Part shown: one piece after another, positions 29,520-38,016 of the stretch
Position numbering within the stretch: the first letter of the stretch is position 1
How the letters are laid out: each line of letters begins with the position of its first letter
NCBI GenBank assembly: GCA_963806225.1
Contig: CAWDXG010000004.1
Coordinates: forward strand, 3,136,001 to 3,200,000
Length of the DNA: 64,000 bases
DNA from: an uncultured delta proteobacterium
Lineage (GTDB): Bacteria; Myxococcota_A; Polyangia; Polyangiales; Polyangiaceae
Reading direction: 5' to 3'
The notes under the pieces: model-generated
What the model was told of the DNA's origin: nothing
Database searches by the model: none
What the model saw: the letters and a program-made list of their open reading frames with translations, nothing else
Program-made: the position numbers and the translations under genes

Positions 29520-31853
29520 TCAGTTCTTGCCCGCGGTCGGGTCATACCCGTACGCGGCGAAGTTCGTGTTCTGGCGGCTGTAGAACTGGCCACCCATGTC
29601 GATGGCGCGGATCAGCATGGTCCGCTCGTCGCGGGTCAGCGTCACACCCACGTCCTCCGGATGCATGGTGCGCTTGCCACCCTTGATGCCGGGGTCCGAG
29701 AACGGCTGCCCGAGCGGCCAGGCCGTCTTCTTCGCGTCCACCGAGGAAGTCATGTTCAGCTTCTCGATCATCGCGCTCTCGCGGGCATCGCTCGGGATGG
29801 CCCATGTGGGCGGGACGGTGCCCTGCACGGTGGTGCCCTGCATGTTCATCTCCATCGCGAGCGCGGACGGGTAGAACAGCGACACGTACGACGCCGGGTA
29901 GGAGCCGGTCATGTTGTCGTAGGTGACCGTGATCGGGCGATCGCTCAGGTCCAGGCGCGGGATCTGGTACGGCGTCGTGGTCCCGGTGACCTGGTTGTTC
30001 ATCGTGACGGTGTAGAACTCCTGCGGCCCGTTCCCGTTCGTCGTCTGGTTGTGGCACTGCACGCACTTGGCGTTGAGCAGCGCCTGGATCTCGTTCGGGT
30101 TGTTCGCGTCGTTCGCCTTGGCCCACGGGTACTCGGTGCGCTGGGCGATCGGCTTGTCGAACTCCTGCGGTCCCTTACCGGCGGCGATCGTCAGCTGCTG
30201 GCCTCCGGCGAGGTTCGCCGCTGTGCGGCTCTCGTGGCAGCCGCCGCAGACGCGGGCTTCACCCGGCATTCCCTGGATCCAGGTGGTCTGCGTGCGGATC
30301 GACATCTCGAACTCGTCGAGCGGCTGCAGATGCATCGGGATGTAGGGCGGCACGTTCGCGAGCCAGGAACCGTCGTCGTACACCTTGGCCTCGCCGATCA
30401 TGGCGGCGCCTTCAGCCATGGTCAGACCGAACATGGTCACGCCCGGCGCGGCCTCGCTCGAGAAGCCCTCGATGATGCGCACCTTCTTGGCACCCTTCAG
30501 CGCCTGGTCCACCGGCGTGTTGTCGAACTCCGCGCCGCTGACGGTGTCGCCGTGGACGCTGTACAGCGAGGTGCGCGTGATATCCAGCGAGCCGAACACG
30601 GTCGGCGTGGTCGCGTCCTTCGTCGCCTGGATCGAGCCCCGGACGGGCGGCTCGGCGCGCTTGACCACCGGTTCGGCGTACAGCTCCCAGCTGTCCGGGT
30701 GGTTGACGACGAGCTGGTTGGAGCGACTGGCCGGATCGTAGACGTAGATGCCGTAGTCCGGCGGGGTCGCCGACAGCACGTTCTGGTCGTTCACGAAGCC
30801 GCTCGCCCACGACACCAGGATGCGGCCGTCGGGCAGCGAGCGGGGCGTGCGGTAGCGACCCGCGGGCGAGGCTTCCTTCCCGCGCGGCACCGCCGGCGTC
30901 AGGACGTCGTACTTGGGGCGCTCTTCGTCGAAGCGGCTCGGGTCGTTGGCAGCACGGGCGTCGATGCGCACCAGCGCGCCCGAGTGCAGCGTGCGGTCAC
31001 GCGACGTGGCCACGGCCAGGAACACGTTCGGCGTATTGGTCTCCGCCACCTGCACCAGCGAGTTGGCCGGCTTGCCGTGCTGTCCGGACACCGCAACGAT
31101 GTGCGTGCAGTCCGGATCCATCGCAAACAGCTTCAGGTCGTTGACGTTCTCGAGATGTTCCCAGCGCGAGAACCCGATGCGGCCGTCTGCCATCGAGAAC
31201 AGGTTCACCGAGTGGGACAGGTTCTGCGCGCACAGCTTGCGGTCGGCGTCGCCACCCTGCAGCGTGATGGTCGCGATCTGCGTGACCACGCGCGAGTGCT
31301 CGTACTCGTCGGCGCGCGTGCCCATCGAGGTGTAGCCCTCGTTCGTGATGAACGCGATCTTTCCGCCGGCGAGGAAGATCGGATGCAGATCGTCACGATC
31401 GCCGAAGGTCAGCTGGTGGATCGGGAACTTGCCGTTCACCTTCTTCAACCCCGCCCAGTACAGATGGTAGTGGTCTTTCGCGTCCTTCTTCATCGAGAAG
31501 ACGACCTTGGTCGCGTCGAAGCTCACGTTGAGGCTCGAGATGTCGGCCGTCTTGAACCCCGCGGTGATGTTCTCCGTCTTGCGCGTGCCGAGGTCATACA
31601 TCTCGACGCGCCCGCCGGGGTCGTAGCGCAGGTAGTCGACAACCTGGTCGGAGCCGCCAGAGACGTCGATCGTCACCTTGCCGTTCTCCACGATGGTGTG
31701 CTGCCGCACCGCGTAGACGATCTTGTTGAAGCTCTGGTTCGTCGGCTCCTCGGTGGGCTGTCCCGAGCAGCTCGCCGACAAGAGGCCAAGAGCCGCCACG
31801 AACGGCAACGCGAGGACGCCGAGGTGGCGTTTTTCGATCAGCTTCCGAGCCAT
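29520..31853 (-). CDS. HzsA-related lipoprotein: beta-propeller + HZS-alpha middle domain + two CxxCH hemes
   Basis: Signal ending SASC; VSFDATKVVFSM, QLTFG..D.HP, DGRIGFSRWEH, LPDGRILVSW; GEA.VYDDGSWLANVP..P..LQPLD..W...PGE..CGGCHE; CVQCHN..ERTMLIRAIDMG; SD GGAGGAG. Confidence 0.85.
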   Translation of the reverse strand: MARKLIEKRHLGVLALPFVAALGLLSASCSGQPTEEPTNQSFNKIVYAVRQHTIVENGKVTIDVSGGSDQVVDYLRYDPGGRVEMYDLGTRKTENITAGFKTADISSLNVSFDATKVVFSMKKDAKDHYHLYWAGLKKVNGKFPIHQLTFGDRDDLHPIFLAGGKIAFITNEGYTSMGTRADEYEHSRVVTQIATITLQGGDADRKLCAQNLSHSVNLFSMADGRIGFSRWEHLENVNDLKLFAMDPDCTHIVAVSGQHGKPANSLVQVAETNTPNVFLAVATSRDRTLHSGALVRIDARAANDPSRFDEERPKYDVLTPAVPRGKEASPAGRYRTPRSLPDGRILVSWASGFVNDQNVLSATPPDYGIYVYDPASRSNQLVVNHPDSWELYAEPVVKRAEPPVRGSIQATKDATTPTVFGSLDITRTSLYSVHGDTVSGAEFDNTPVDQALKGAKKVRIIEGFSSEAAPGVTMFGLTMAEGAAMIGEAKVYDDGSWLANVPPYIPMHLQPLDEFEMSIRTQTTWIQGMPGEARVCGGCHESRTAANLAGGQQLTIAAGKGPQEFDKPIAQRTEYPWAKANDANNPNEIQALLNAKCVQCHNQTTNGNGPQEFYTVTMNNQVTGTTTPYQIPRLDLSDRPITVTYDNMTGSYPASYVSLFYPSALAMEMNMQGTTVQGTVPPTWAIPSDARESAMIEKLNMTSSVDAKKTAWPLGQPFSDPGIKGGKRTMHPEDVGVTLTRDERTMLIRAIDMGGQFYSRQNTNFAAYGYDPTAGKN

Positions 31854-31911
31854 GTTGCAACTCCTCCGGGGACGAAACGTGCAACCCATACGTTGGGCTT
31901 GGTCGGTACCA

Positions 31912-31927
31912 AGCAGGATCCGCACCA
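31912..31927 (-). promoter_or_regulatory. candidate sigma54 (-24/-12) promoter of the HzsA-like operon
   Basis: Minus strand TGGTGCGGATCCTGCT = GG-N10-GC within a TGG...TGCT frame, 58 nt upstream of the ATG. Confidence 0.6.
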
Positions 31928-31970
31928 CTTTCAAAACACCATGATTCCAAGCACTTGGAGCTGCATGTAG

Positions 31971-32018
31971 TAGGGGCCAGCCCCCATACCTGGCGGTCCG
32001 GTTGGGGGACAGCCCCCA
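31971..32018. promoter_or_regulatory. two imperfect 16-bp palindromes, candidate enhancer-binding-protein sites
   Basis: TAGGGGCCAGCCCCCA (31971-31986) and TGGGGGACAGCCCCCA (32003-32018), 32 bp apart, upstream of the sigma54 motif. Confidence 0.55.
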
Positions 32019-32072
32019 CAGCCGGCCGCGTGGCGGATGGCTCGGCCGCCGCACCTGGCCTAGGCTCGCGCC

Positions 32073-32732
32073 GTGTCGCTCCACTTCGATGAACGCGGCC
32101 TGATCCCGGCTGTGGTGCAGGATCGCCTGACCGGACAGCTGCGCATGGTCGCCTGGATGAACCAGGAAGCGCTGCGCCGGACGCTGGAGAGCGGGCGTGC
32201 GACCTTCTACAGCCGCTCGCGCGAAAGCCTCTGGGAAAAGGGCGAAACCAGCGGAAATGGGCTTAAAGTCGTATCGGTGACGGCGGACTGCGACGCCGAT
32301 ACGTTGCTGGTGCTCGCGGATCCCGAGGGCCCCTCGTGTCACACGGGCCGCCCGAGCTGCTTCTTCCAGCGCGTTCTGCCCGACGGCTCGCTCGAAGAGC
32401 TACCGGTCGAAGCCGGGCCCTTCCTGGCCGAGCTCGAGGATGTGATCCGGCAGCGCCAGTCGAGCCCCGCGGATCGGAGCTACACCCGCTCGCTGCTGGA
32501 CGGCGGCGCGGAGCGGATCGGCAGCAAGATCCGCGAAGAAGCGGCGGAGTTGGCCCAGGCTATCGCGGAAGAGAGCGACGAACGGGTCGCCGCCGAGGCC
32601 GGCGATCTCATCTATCATCTGCTGGTCGGCCTGCGCCTGAGGGGCGTGGATCTCGCCTCGGTCCTCTCGGTGCTCGCGGCGCGCTCGGGGACCAGTGGCC
32701 ACACGGAAAAGGCGAGCCGCCGGCGCCGCTGA
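32073..32732 (+). CDS. hisIE: bifunctional phosphoribosyl-AMP cyclohydrolase / phosphoribosyl-ATP pyrophosphatase
   Basis: GLIPAVVQD, SRSR..LWEKGETSG, DCDAD, CHTG..SCF; SYT..L, KIREEAAE, EAGDLIYH. Confidence 0.95.
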   Translation: MSLHFDERGLIPAVVQDRLTGQLRMVAWMNQEALRRTLESGRATFYSRSRESLWEKGETSGNGLKVVSVTADCDADTLLVLADPEGPSCHTGRPSCFFQRVLPDGSLEELPVEAGPFLAELEDVIRQRQSSPADRSYTRSLLDGGAERIGSKIREEAAELAQAIAEESDERVAAEAGDLIYHLLVGLRLRGVDLASVLSVLAARSGTSGHTEKASRRRR

Positions 32733-32765
32733 CCGCCGGGACCCGGCGAGCCCTTGGACAGGGGT

Positions 32766-32794
32766 TTGACCCCTTTCCAAGTGCCCGATATCGT
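32766..32794 (+). promoter_or_regulatory. candidate sigma70 promoter for the FrzS/AglZ-like gene
   Basis: TTGACC-N17-TATCGT; overlaps a hairpin (TTGGAcAGGGGT-ttg-ACCCCTtTCCAA) downstream of hisIE. Confidence 0.5.
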
Positions 32795-32861
32795 AGGCTC
32801 CCCGCGGCTCGCGCGAACGCGTGCTCCGCCTCACTTTCGTCCTCCTGCCGAGCGGTCACCG

Positions 32862-35141
32862 ATGCCAACCAAGGTTCTGGTTTTCGAGAGCGATCCTGCC
32901 TTCGCCAGCGAGCTGCAGAACGGCCTGGGCCGTTACGGCTGCGAGACGTCCCTGGTCGACGACGCCAACGTCGGCCTACAGGCGGCCGCCAGCGACACGC
33001 CGGATCTGATCCTGCTCTCGATCGAGCTGCCACGGATGAACGGCTTCTCCGTGTGCAACAAGCTCAAGCGCGATCCCGCACTCAAGAAGGTGCCGCTCAT
33101 CATCATGAGCAGCGACTCGACGGAAGAAACCTTCGAGCAACACCGGCGCCTGCGCACGCGCGCCGAGGACTACATCCACAAGCCCATCCCCTTCGACGAC
33201 CTGGTCGGCCGGATCAACGAGTTCGTGCAGCTCGGCACGCCCGCAGACGGCGCCGCCGCGCCGAGCGAGGCGCCGATGAGCGAAGAGGCCATCGTCATCG
33301 ACGACGAGATCGAGCTCGAGGGCGAGCCCGGGGAGGAAGCCGAGGAGGAGCCGGAAGAAGCCGCACCCGCGTCGATCGATGACGAGGTGAGCGACTTCGC
33401 CGAGCAGGCGTTCGACGCGCTGATGGACGACAGCGCCCCGGCCGAGCCCGCCGCCGCCGAACCGGCCGACGAAGTCGAGGAGGATGTCGCCGAAGAGGTG
33501 GAAGCCGAGGCCGCGGAAGAGGCGGAAGAAGCCGAACCCGAGCTGCCCGGACCGCCGCCCGCCCCATCGCCTCGACCCCGGATGTCGTCGATCCCACCGC
33601 GGCCGGAGACGAGCGGAGACGCGGGCCGCTTCCAGAGCCAGATCGACAAGCTCCAGGGGCGGACCGAGGAGCTGGAGGAAGAGCTGCGCGCGTCCCGCGC
33701 CCGCGTCGCCGAGCTGGAAGACGAAGGCAAGCGCGGCGCCTCGCGCGACCCGGAAGTCCAACGCCTGCAGCGCGAGCTGGACGAGCTCAAGGCGAAGGCG
33801 ACCAGCGGCAAGGGGGGCGGCTCCGCCCGTGAGTTCCTCGACCTGCGCGAATCACTGAACAAGAAGGACAAGGAGATCCTCGATCTCCGCGACCAGGTCA
33901 CCAAGCGCGACAAGGAGCTGCTCACCCTGCGGGACAGCTCGCTCGGTCTGGAGCGCCAGCAGGCCGACTTCTCCGATCGTATCGAAGAGCTGGAAAAGGA
34001 GGTCGCCGACGCACAACGGAACGTCGATGCGCTGCGCGCGGACAAGGAGCAGGCCAGCAAGCGCGCCGACGACTTCAAGCGCAAAGCCGAGAAGCTTGCC
34101 GGCGATCTGGAAGCCCGTGGGCAGGAGATCACCGAGCTCAAGGAGAAGCAGGAAGAGGAGCTCGCGACGCGGGACGCGCGCGAGGCTGCGCTACGGGCGG
34201 ATCACCAGCAGGCCCTGGACCAGGCCGAACAGGCCAAGCAGGCGGCGGTCGAAGAAGCCGAGGAACAGGGACGCCAGAACGTCGTCCAGGCCATCGCCGA
34301 GACGAAGGAGACCGCCGCCGCGGAGCTGGAGCAGGCGCTGGCCGAGGCGGCCGAGACGGCTGCCAGCGCGCAGTCCGAGGCGATCGCCGAGCGCGAGGCC
34401 GAGCTCAAGAAGGAGTCCGACTCCAGGTTGGCTGCGCTGCATCGCGCCAACGAAGACGCGATGAGCAAGCTCAAGGCCCAACACGAGCAGGCGATGAGCG
34501 AAGCCGAGCAGGCCGCCGCCGATCGACTCGCCGCGCGCGAAGCCGAGCTGGGCGAACAGCACTCCGCCGAGGTGGCGGAGCTGACCAGCGCCCACGACGC
34601 GACCAAGGCCGAGCTCTCGAGCACCCAGCAGACGCTTGTCGAGGTCCGCGAAGCCAAGGAAGAGGGCGAAGCCAGCCGCGACGCGAAGATTGCCTCGCTC
34701 GAGAGCGAGCTCGGGGAGCGCACAAGCGAGCGCGACCAGGCGAACGAGACGATCGCCGCGCGCGACGCGAACATCGTGGCGCTCGAAAGCGAGCTGTCCA
34801 CGCGCACCGAGGAGCGCGACAGCGCGCGGCAGACCATCGAGGAACGCGACTCGAAGATCGCGTCGCTGGAAAGCGAGCTCGCGGCCCGCACCGAAGAGCG
34901 TGACACCGCCAACCAGACCATCGAGCAGCGCGACAACACGGTCGCGTCGCTGGAAGCGGCGCTAGCGGCGACCAAGGGCGACCTGGAACAGACCGAGAGC
35001 GCACTCCAGGGCGAGCGAGCGCGCCTGCAGAAGGCGCGCAGCAAGTGGTCGGACGATTCGGCTTCGCTCGAGCGAGCGAAGGACGCCCTCGCGGCCGCCC
35101 TCGCCCAGATCGAGGAAGCCGAAGGGCGTCCGATCGAATAG
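32862..35141 (+). CDS. pseudo-receiver + long coiled-coil protein (FrzS/AglZ-like)
   Basis: KVLVFESD..PDLILLSIELP (Ser at the phospho-Asp position)..NGFSVCNKLK..EQHRRLRTRAEDY; acidic linker; long heptad coiled coil. Confidence 0.8.
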   Translation: MPTKVLVFESDPAFASELQNGLGRYGCETSLVDDANVGLQAAASDTPDLILLSIELPRMNGFSVCNKLKRDPALKKVPLIIMSSDSTEETFEQHRRLRTRAEDYIHKPIPFDDLVGRINEFVQLGTPADGAAAPSEAPMSEEAIVIDDEIELEGEPGEEAEEEPEEAAPASIDDEVSDFAEQAFDALMDDSAPAEPAAAEPADEVEEDVAEEVEAEAAEEAEEAEPELPGPPPAPSPRPRMSSIPPRPETSGDAGRFQSQIDKLQGRTEELEEELRASRARVAELEDEGKRGASRDPEVQRLQRELDELKAKATSGKGGGSAREFLDLRESLNKKDKEILDLRDQVTKRDKELLTLRDSSLGLERQQADFSDRIEELEKEVADAQRNVDALRADKEQASKRADDFKRKAEKLAGDLEARGQEITELKEKQEEELATRDAREAALRADHQQALDQAEQAKQAAVEEAEEQGRQNVVQAIAETKETAAAELEQALAEAAETAASAQSEAIAEREAELKKESDSRLAALHRANEDAMSKLKAQHEQAMSEAEQAAADRLAAREAELGEQHSAEVAELTSAHDATKAELSSTQQTLVEVREAKEEGEASRDAKIASLESELGERTSERDQANETIAARDANIVALESELSTRTEERDSARQTIEERDSKIASLESELAARTEERDTANQTIEQRDNTVASLEAALAATKGDLEQTESALQGERARLQKARSKWSDDSASLERAKDALAAALAQIEEAEGRPIE
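34674..34960 (+). repeat. degenerate 84-bp (28-aa, four-heptad) tandem repeat in the coiled coil, about 3.5 copies
   Basis: RDAKIASLESELGERTSERDQANETIAA / RDANIVALESELSTRTEERDSARQTIEE / RDSKIASLESELAARTEERDTANQTIEQ / RDNTVASLE. Confidence 0.8.
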
Positions 35142-35161
35142 CGACTGGAAGCGCGGCGAGG

Positions 35162-35956
35162 TCAGCCGCAGGCTTCAACGATGTCGCGCAGCGCGCGACA
35201 GCCGTCCACCAGACGCGGCCCGGGCCGCCCGAGATACGCCTCGGGCACAGTGAACACGCGACGGTTCTCGAGCGCCGGAATGCCGCGCCAGGCCTCGCGC
35301 CGGTAGACGACGTCGGGACGGTACTTCTCCGGTTTGACGCCGCACCACGAGATCACGATCGCATCCGGACGCATCGCCCGCGCTTCCTCGTCGCTGATGG
35401 GTGCGCTCTTCACGTCGCGCGCGCCGAGCGGGTTTTCGCCGCCCGCGACCTCGAGCAGCTGGTTCACCCAGCTGTCGCGACCGGGCACGATCACGGGCTT
35501 CGGCCACCACTCGACCAGCACGCGCGGCCTCCGTCCGGCAGACGGAACAGGAGCCTCCAACACGCGCTGCATGTCGCGCACCAGCTCGTCGCCGCGACCG
35601 GGCACGAGGAGGCGCTCCGCGACAAGACGGATGTCTGCGTACACGTCCGCCACGCTCACCGGCTCGGGCGCAAGGTACGGCAGCCCGGCGCGCTCGAGCC
35701 CCGCCACAACGCTCTCGTGGCCCGGCACGGTCAGCGACGCCAGCACCAGATCCGGCTCGAGCGCCGCCACCCTTTCGATGTCGATCTGCAGGTCCGGACC
35801 GACCCGCGGCAGGCGAGCCACCACGGCGTCCGGATAGTCGCTGTGATCGTCGACCCCCACGAGCAGTTCGGCACAGCCCAGCGCGCAGACGATCTCGGTG
35901 TTCGAACAGGCCAGCGACACGACGCGCACGCCTGGCGTCTTGCCATCGGCGCCCAC
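35162..35956 (-). CDS. cobalamin/helical-backbone metal-binding protein (BtuF-like), no signal peptide evident
   Basis: RVVSLACSNTEIVCALG, LVGVDDHSDYP, LEPDLVL, GRPGPRLVDG; start uncertain (35929 or 35956). Confidence 0.85.
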   Translation of the reverse strand: MGADGKTPGVRVVSLACSNTEIVCALGCAELLVGVDDHSDYPDAVVARLPRVGPDLQIDIERVAALEPDLVLASLTVPGHESVVAGLERAGLPYLAPEPVSVADVYADIRLVAERLLVPGRGDELVRDMQRVLEAPVPSAGRRPRVLVEWWPKPVIVPGRDSWVNQLLEVAGGENPLGARDVKSAPISDEEARAMRPDAIVISWCGVKPEKYRPDVVYRREAWRGIPALENRRVFTVPEAYLGRPGPRLVDGCRALRDIVEACG

Positions 35957-36101
35957 CGAACGCCAGCAGGCGCCCGCGCTTGTGGACCTCCCCACGAGCG
36001 CGTAGCCTTGGCCCTGCTGAATGGGTGGTCCCGCGCACAAAACCGGGGCGGGGGGAGGTGTGTCTGCTGCGGGCGCTCCGTCTCCGTCGGAGCCCGAACC
36101 C

Positions 36102-38000
36102 ATGAGCGAGGGCTTCGGCTCGCCGCGCGCGCCGGATTCGCGCCCGAGCCGGCCGCACACTCCCATCCCTCCGGGCGTGTCGTGGGTGTTCGCGGGTTGG
36201 GGCAACGCCGAGAACATCAGCGACCTCGACAAGATGGAGACGCCCCGGGAGCCGAGCGCCGTAGCCCCGCAGCACAAGCTCGGACAGATCCGCGCCACGG
36301 CCATCTGCGGCAACGACATCACCTCGTCGGTGCTGTACGTCGTCGCCATCTGCACGACTTTTGCGGGTGTGTACGCGCCGATCGCGCTCGCGATGGTCGG
36401 CCTGGTGCTCTACCTGTTCCGCTCGATCTACGCCGAGGTCGGAAGTGCGCTGCCCCTCAACGGCGGTGCGTACAACGTGCTGCTCAACACGAGCAGCAAG
36501 GGCAAGGCGTCGCTGGCCGCCTGCCTGACGCTGCTTTCCTACATTGCCACCGCGGTCATCAGCGCCAACGAGGCGGTGCACTACGCCCACAACATCACGC
36601 ACGTCATTCCCCTGATGGCGGGCACGGTGGTGCTGCTCGGCATTTTCGCCATGCTCAATATCCTGGGCATCACCGAGAGCGCCGCCGTCGCCCTGGTGAT
36701 CTTCGCGCTGCATCTCGCCACGCTGACCGTGCTCACGCTGACGAGCGCCGCGCACGTCTACCACGACGGCTTCCGTCTGCTGGCCGAGAACTGGGCGCAT
36801 CCGCCCACCCAGGGTCTGGGGCGGGCGCTGTTCTTCGGCTTCGCCGCCGGCATGCTCGGTATCAGCGGTTTCGAGAGCTCCGCCAACTTCATCGAAGAGC
36901 AGAAGGACGGCGTATTCCCGAAGACGCTGCGCAACATGTGGATCGCCGTCTTCGTGTTCAACCCGCTGATCAGCCTGCTGGCTCTGGGTACCCTGCCGGT
37001 AGGCGAATTCGGCAACTACGACACCACGCTGCTCGCCGAGATGGGCGGGCGCGCCGCGGGCCAGTGGCTCGACTGGTGGATCGGCGTGGACGCGGTGCTG
37101 GTGCTGTCCGGCGCCGTCCTCACCAGCTACGTCGGCGTCACGGGCCTGGTGCGGCGCATGAGCCTGGACCGTTGCCTGCCCGAGTTCCTGCTGCGCGAGA
37201 ACCGCGCGCGCCATACGCCACACTGGATCATCATCTCCTTCTTCCTCCTGTGCTGTTCGATCCTGTTCATCACGCGGGGCAAGGTCTCGACGCTGGCCGG
37301 CGTGTACACCATCTCGTTTCTGGGCGTGATGATGCTGTTCGCCATCGGCAACCGTCTTTTGGCGATCAAGCGCGCGCGACTGCCCCGCGCGATCCGCGCG
37401 TCTTGGCTCACTGCGATGCTGGGCATGGCGGCTGTCGGCGCCGGACTGGTAGGCAATGTCCTCAAGTCCACGCAGCAGGCCGCGATCTTCCTCGTCTACT
37501 TCTCGATCACTGTGGCGGTAGTGGGTGCGATGTTCCTGCGCGTGAAGATCCTGCAGGCGCTGCTCTACATGGGGCAGGCCATCCAGGAAAAGGTGCGCGC
37601 GGCGAACGAGACGGTCGCCTTCTGGACGACGCGCAAGATCAAGGAGATCAACGCGCAGTCGATCATCTTCTTCACGCGCGGCGATGGGCCGGCCAACCTC
37701 AGGCGCGCCATCGAGTACGTGCTGGCCAACGAGAGCACGCACAACCTGATGGTGGTGCACGTGTATGACGACGAGAAGGACATTCCGCCACATCTGGCCG
37801 AACAGCTCCGCACACTGGACGAGATCTTCCCCGAGATCCGTATCGACTTCATTGCGGTCAAGGGACGGTTCGGGCCCGATCTCATCGCCAAGCTGAGCAA
37901 GCGGCTCGACGTGCCGAGGAACTACATGTTCATCGGCTGCCCGGGCGATCGCTTTCCCCACCAGATCGCCGATCTCGGCGGTGTGCGCTTGATCGTGTAG
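36102..38000 (+). CDS. APC-family amino acid permease with C-terminal cytoplasmic domain
   Basis: ATAICGNDITSSVLY, ALPLNGGAYNVLLN, GISGFESSANF; about 12 TM segments. Confidence 0.88.
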   Translation: MSEGFGSPRAPDSRPSRPHTPIPPGVSWVFAGWGNAENISDLDKMETPREPSAVAPQHKLGQIRATAICGNDITSSVLYVVAICTTFAGVYAPIALAMVGLVLYLFRSIYAEVGSALPLNGGAYNVLLNTSSKGKASLAACLTLLSYIATAVISANEAVHYAHNITHVIPLMAGTVVLLGIFAMLNILGITESAAVALVIFALHLATLTVLTLTSAAHVYHDGFRLLAENWAHPPTQGLGRALFFGFAAGMLGISGFESSANFIEEQKDGVFPKTLRNMWIAVFVFNPLISLLALGTLPVGEFGNYDTTLLAEMGGRAAGQWLDWWIGVDAVLVLSGAVLTSYVGVTGLVRRMSLDRCLPEFLLRENRARHTPHWIIISFFLLCCSILFITRGKVSTLAGVYTISFLGVMMLFAIGNRLLAIKRARLPRAIRASWLTAMLGMAAVGAGLVGNVLKSTQQAAIFLVYFSITVAVVGAMFLRVKILQALLYMGQAIQEKVRAANETVAFWTTRKIKEINAQSIIFFTRGDGPANLRRAIEYVLANESTHNLMVVHVYDDEKDIPPHLAEQLRTLDEIFPEIRIDFIAVKGRFGPDLIAKLSKRLDVPRNYMFIGCPGDRFPHQIADLGGVRLIV

Positions 38001-38016
38001 CCTAGCGCCCACGCGC

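Noticed and set aside
25372..31853. Evidence for anammox metabolism
   Set aside because: Only alpha-like domains are present. There are no hzsB/hzsC or HAO-like genes, and the gene context is myxobacterial rather than Brocadiales.
35957..36101. Cobalamin riboswitch upstream of the BtuF-like gene
   Set aside because: No recognisable B12-box or GGGAA/GCCACTG core motifs in the short intergenic region.
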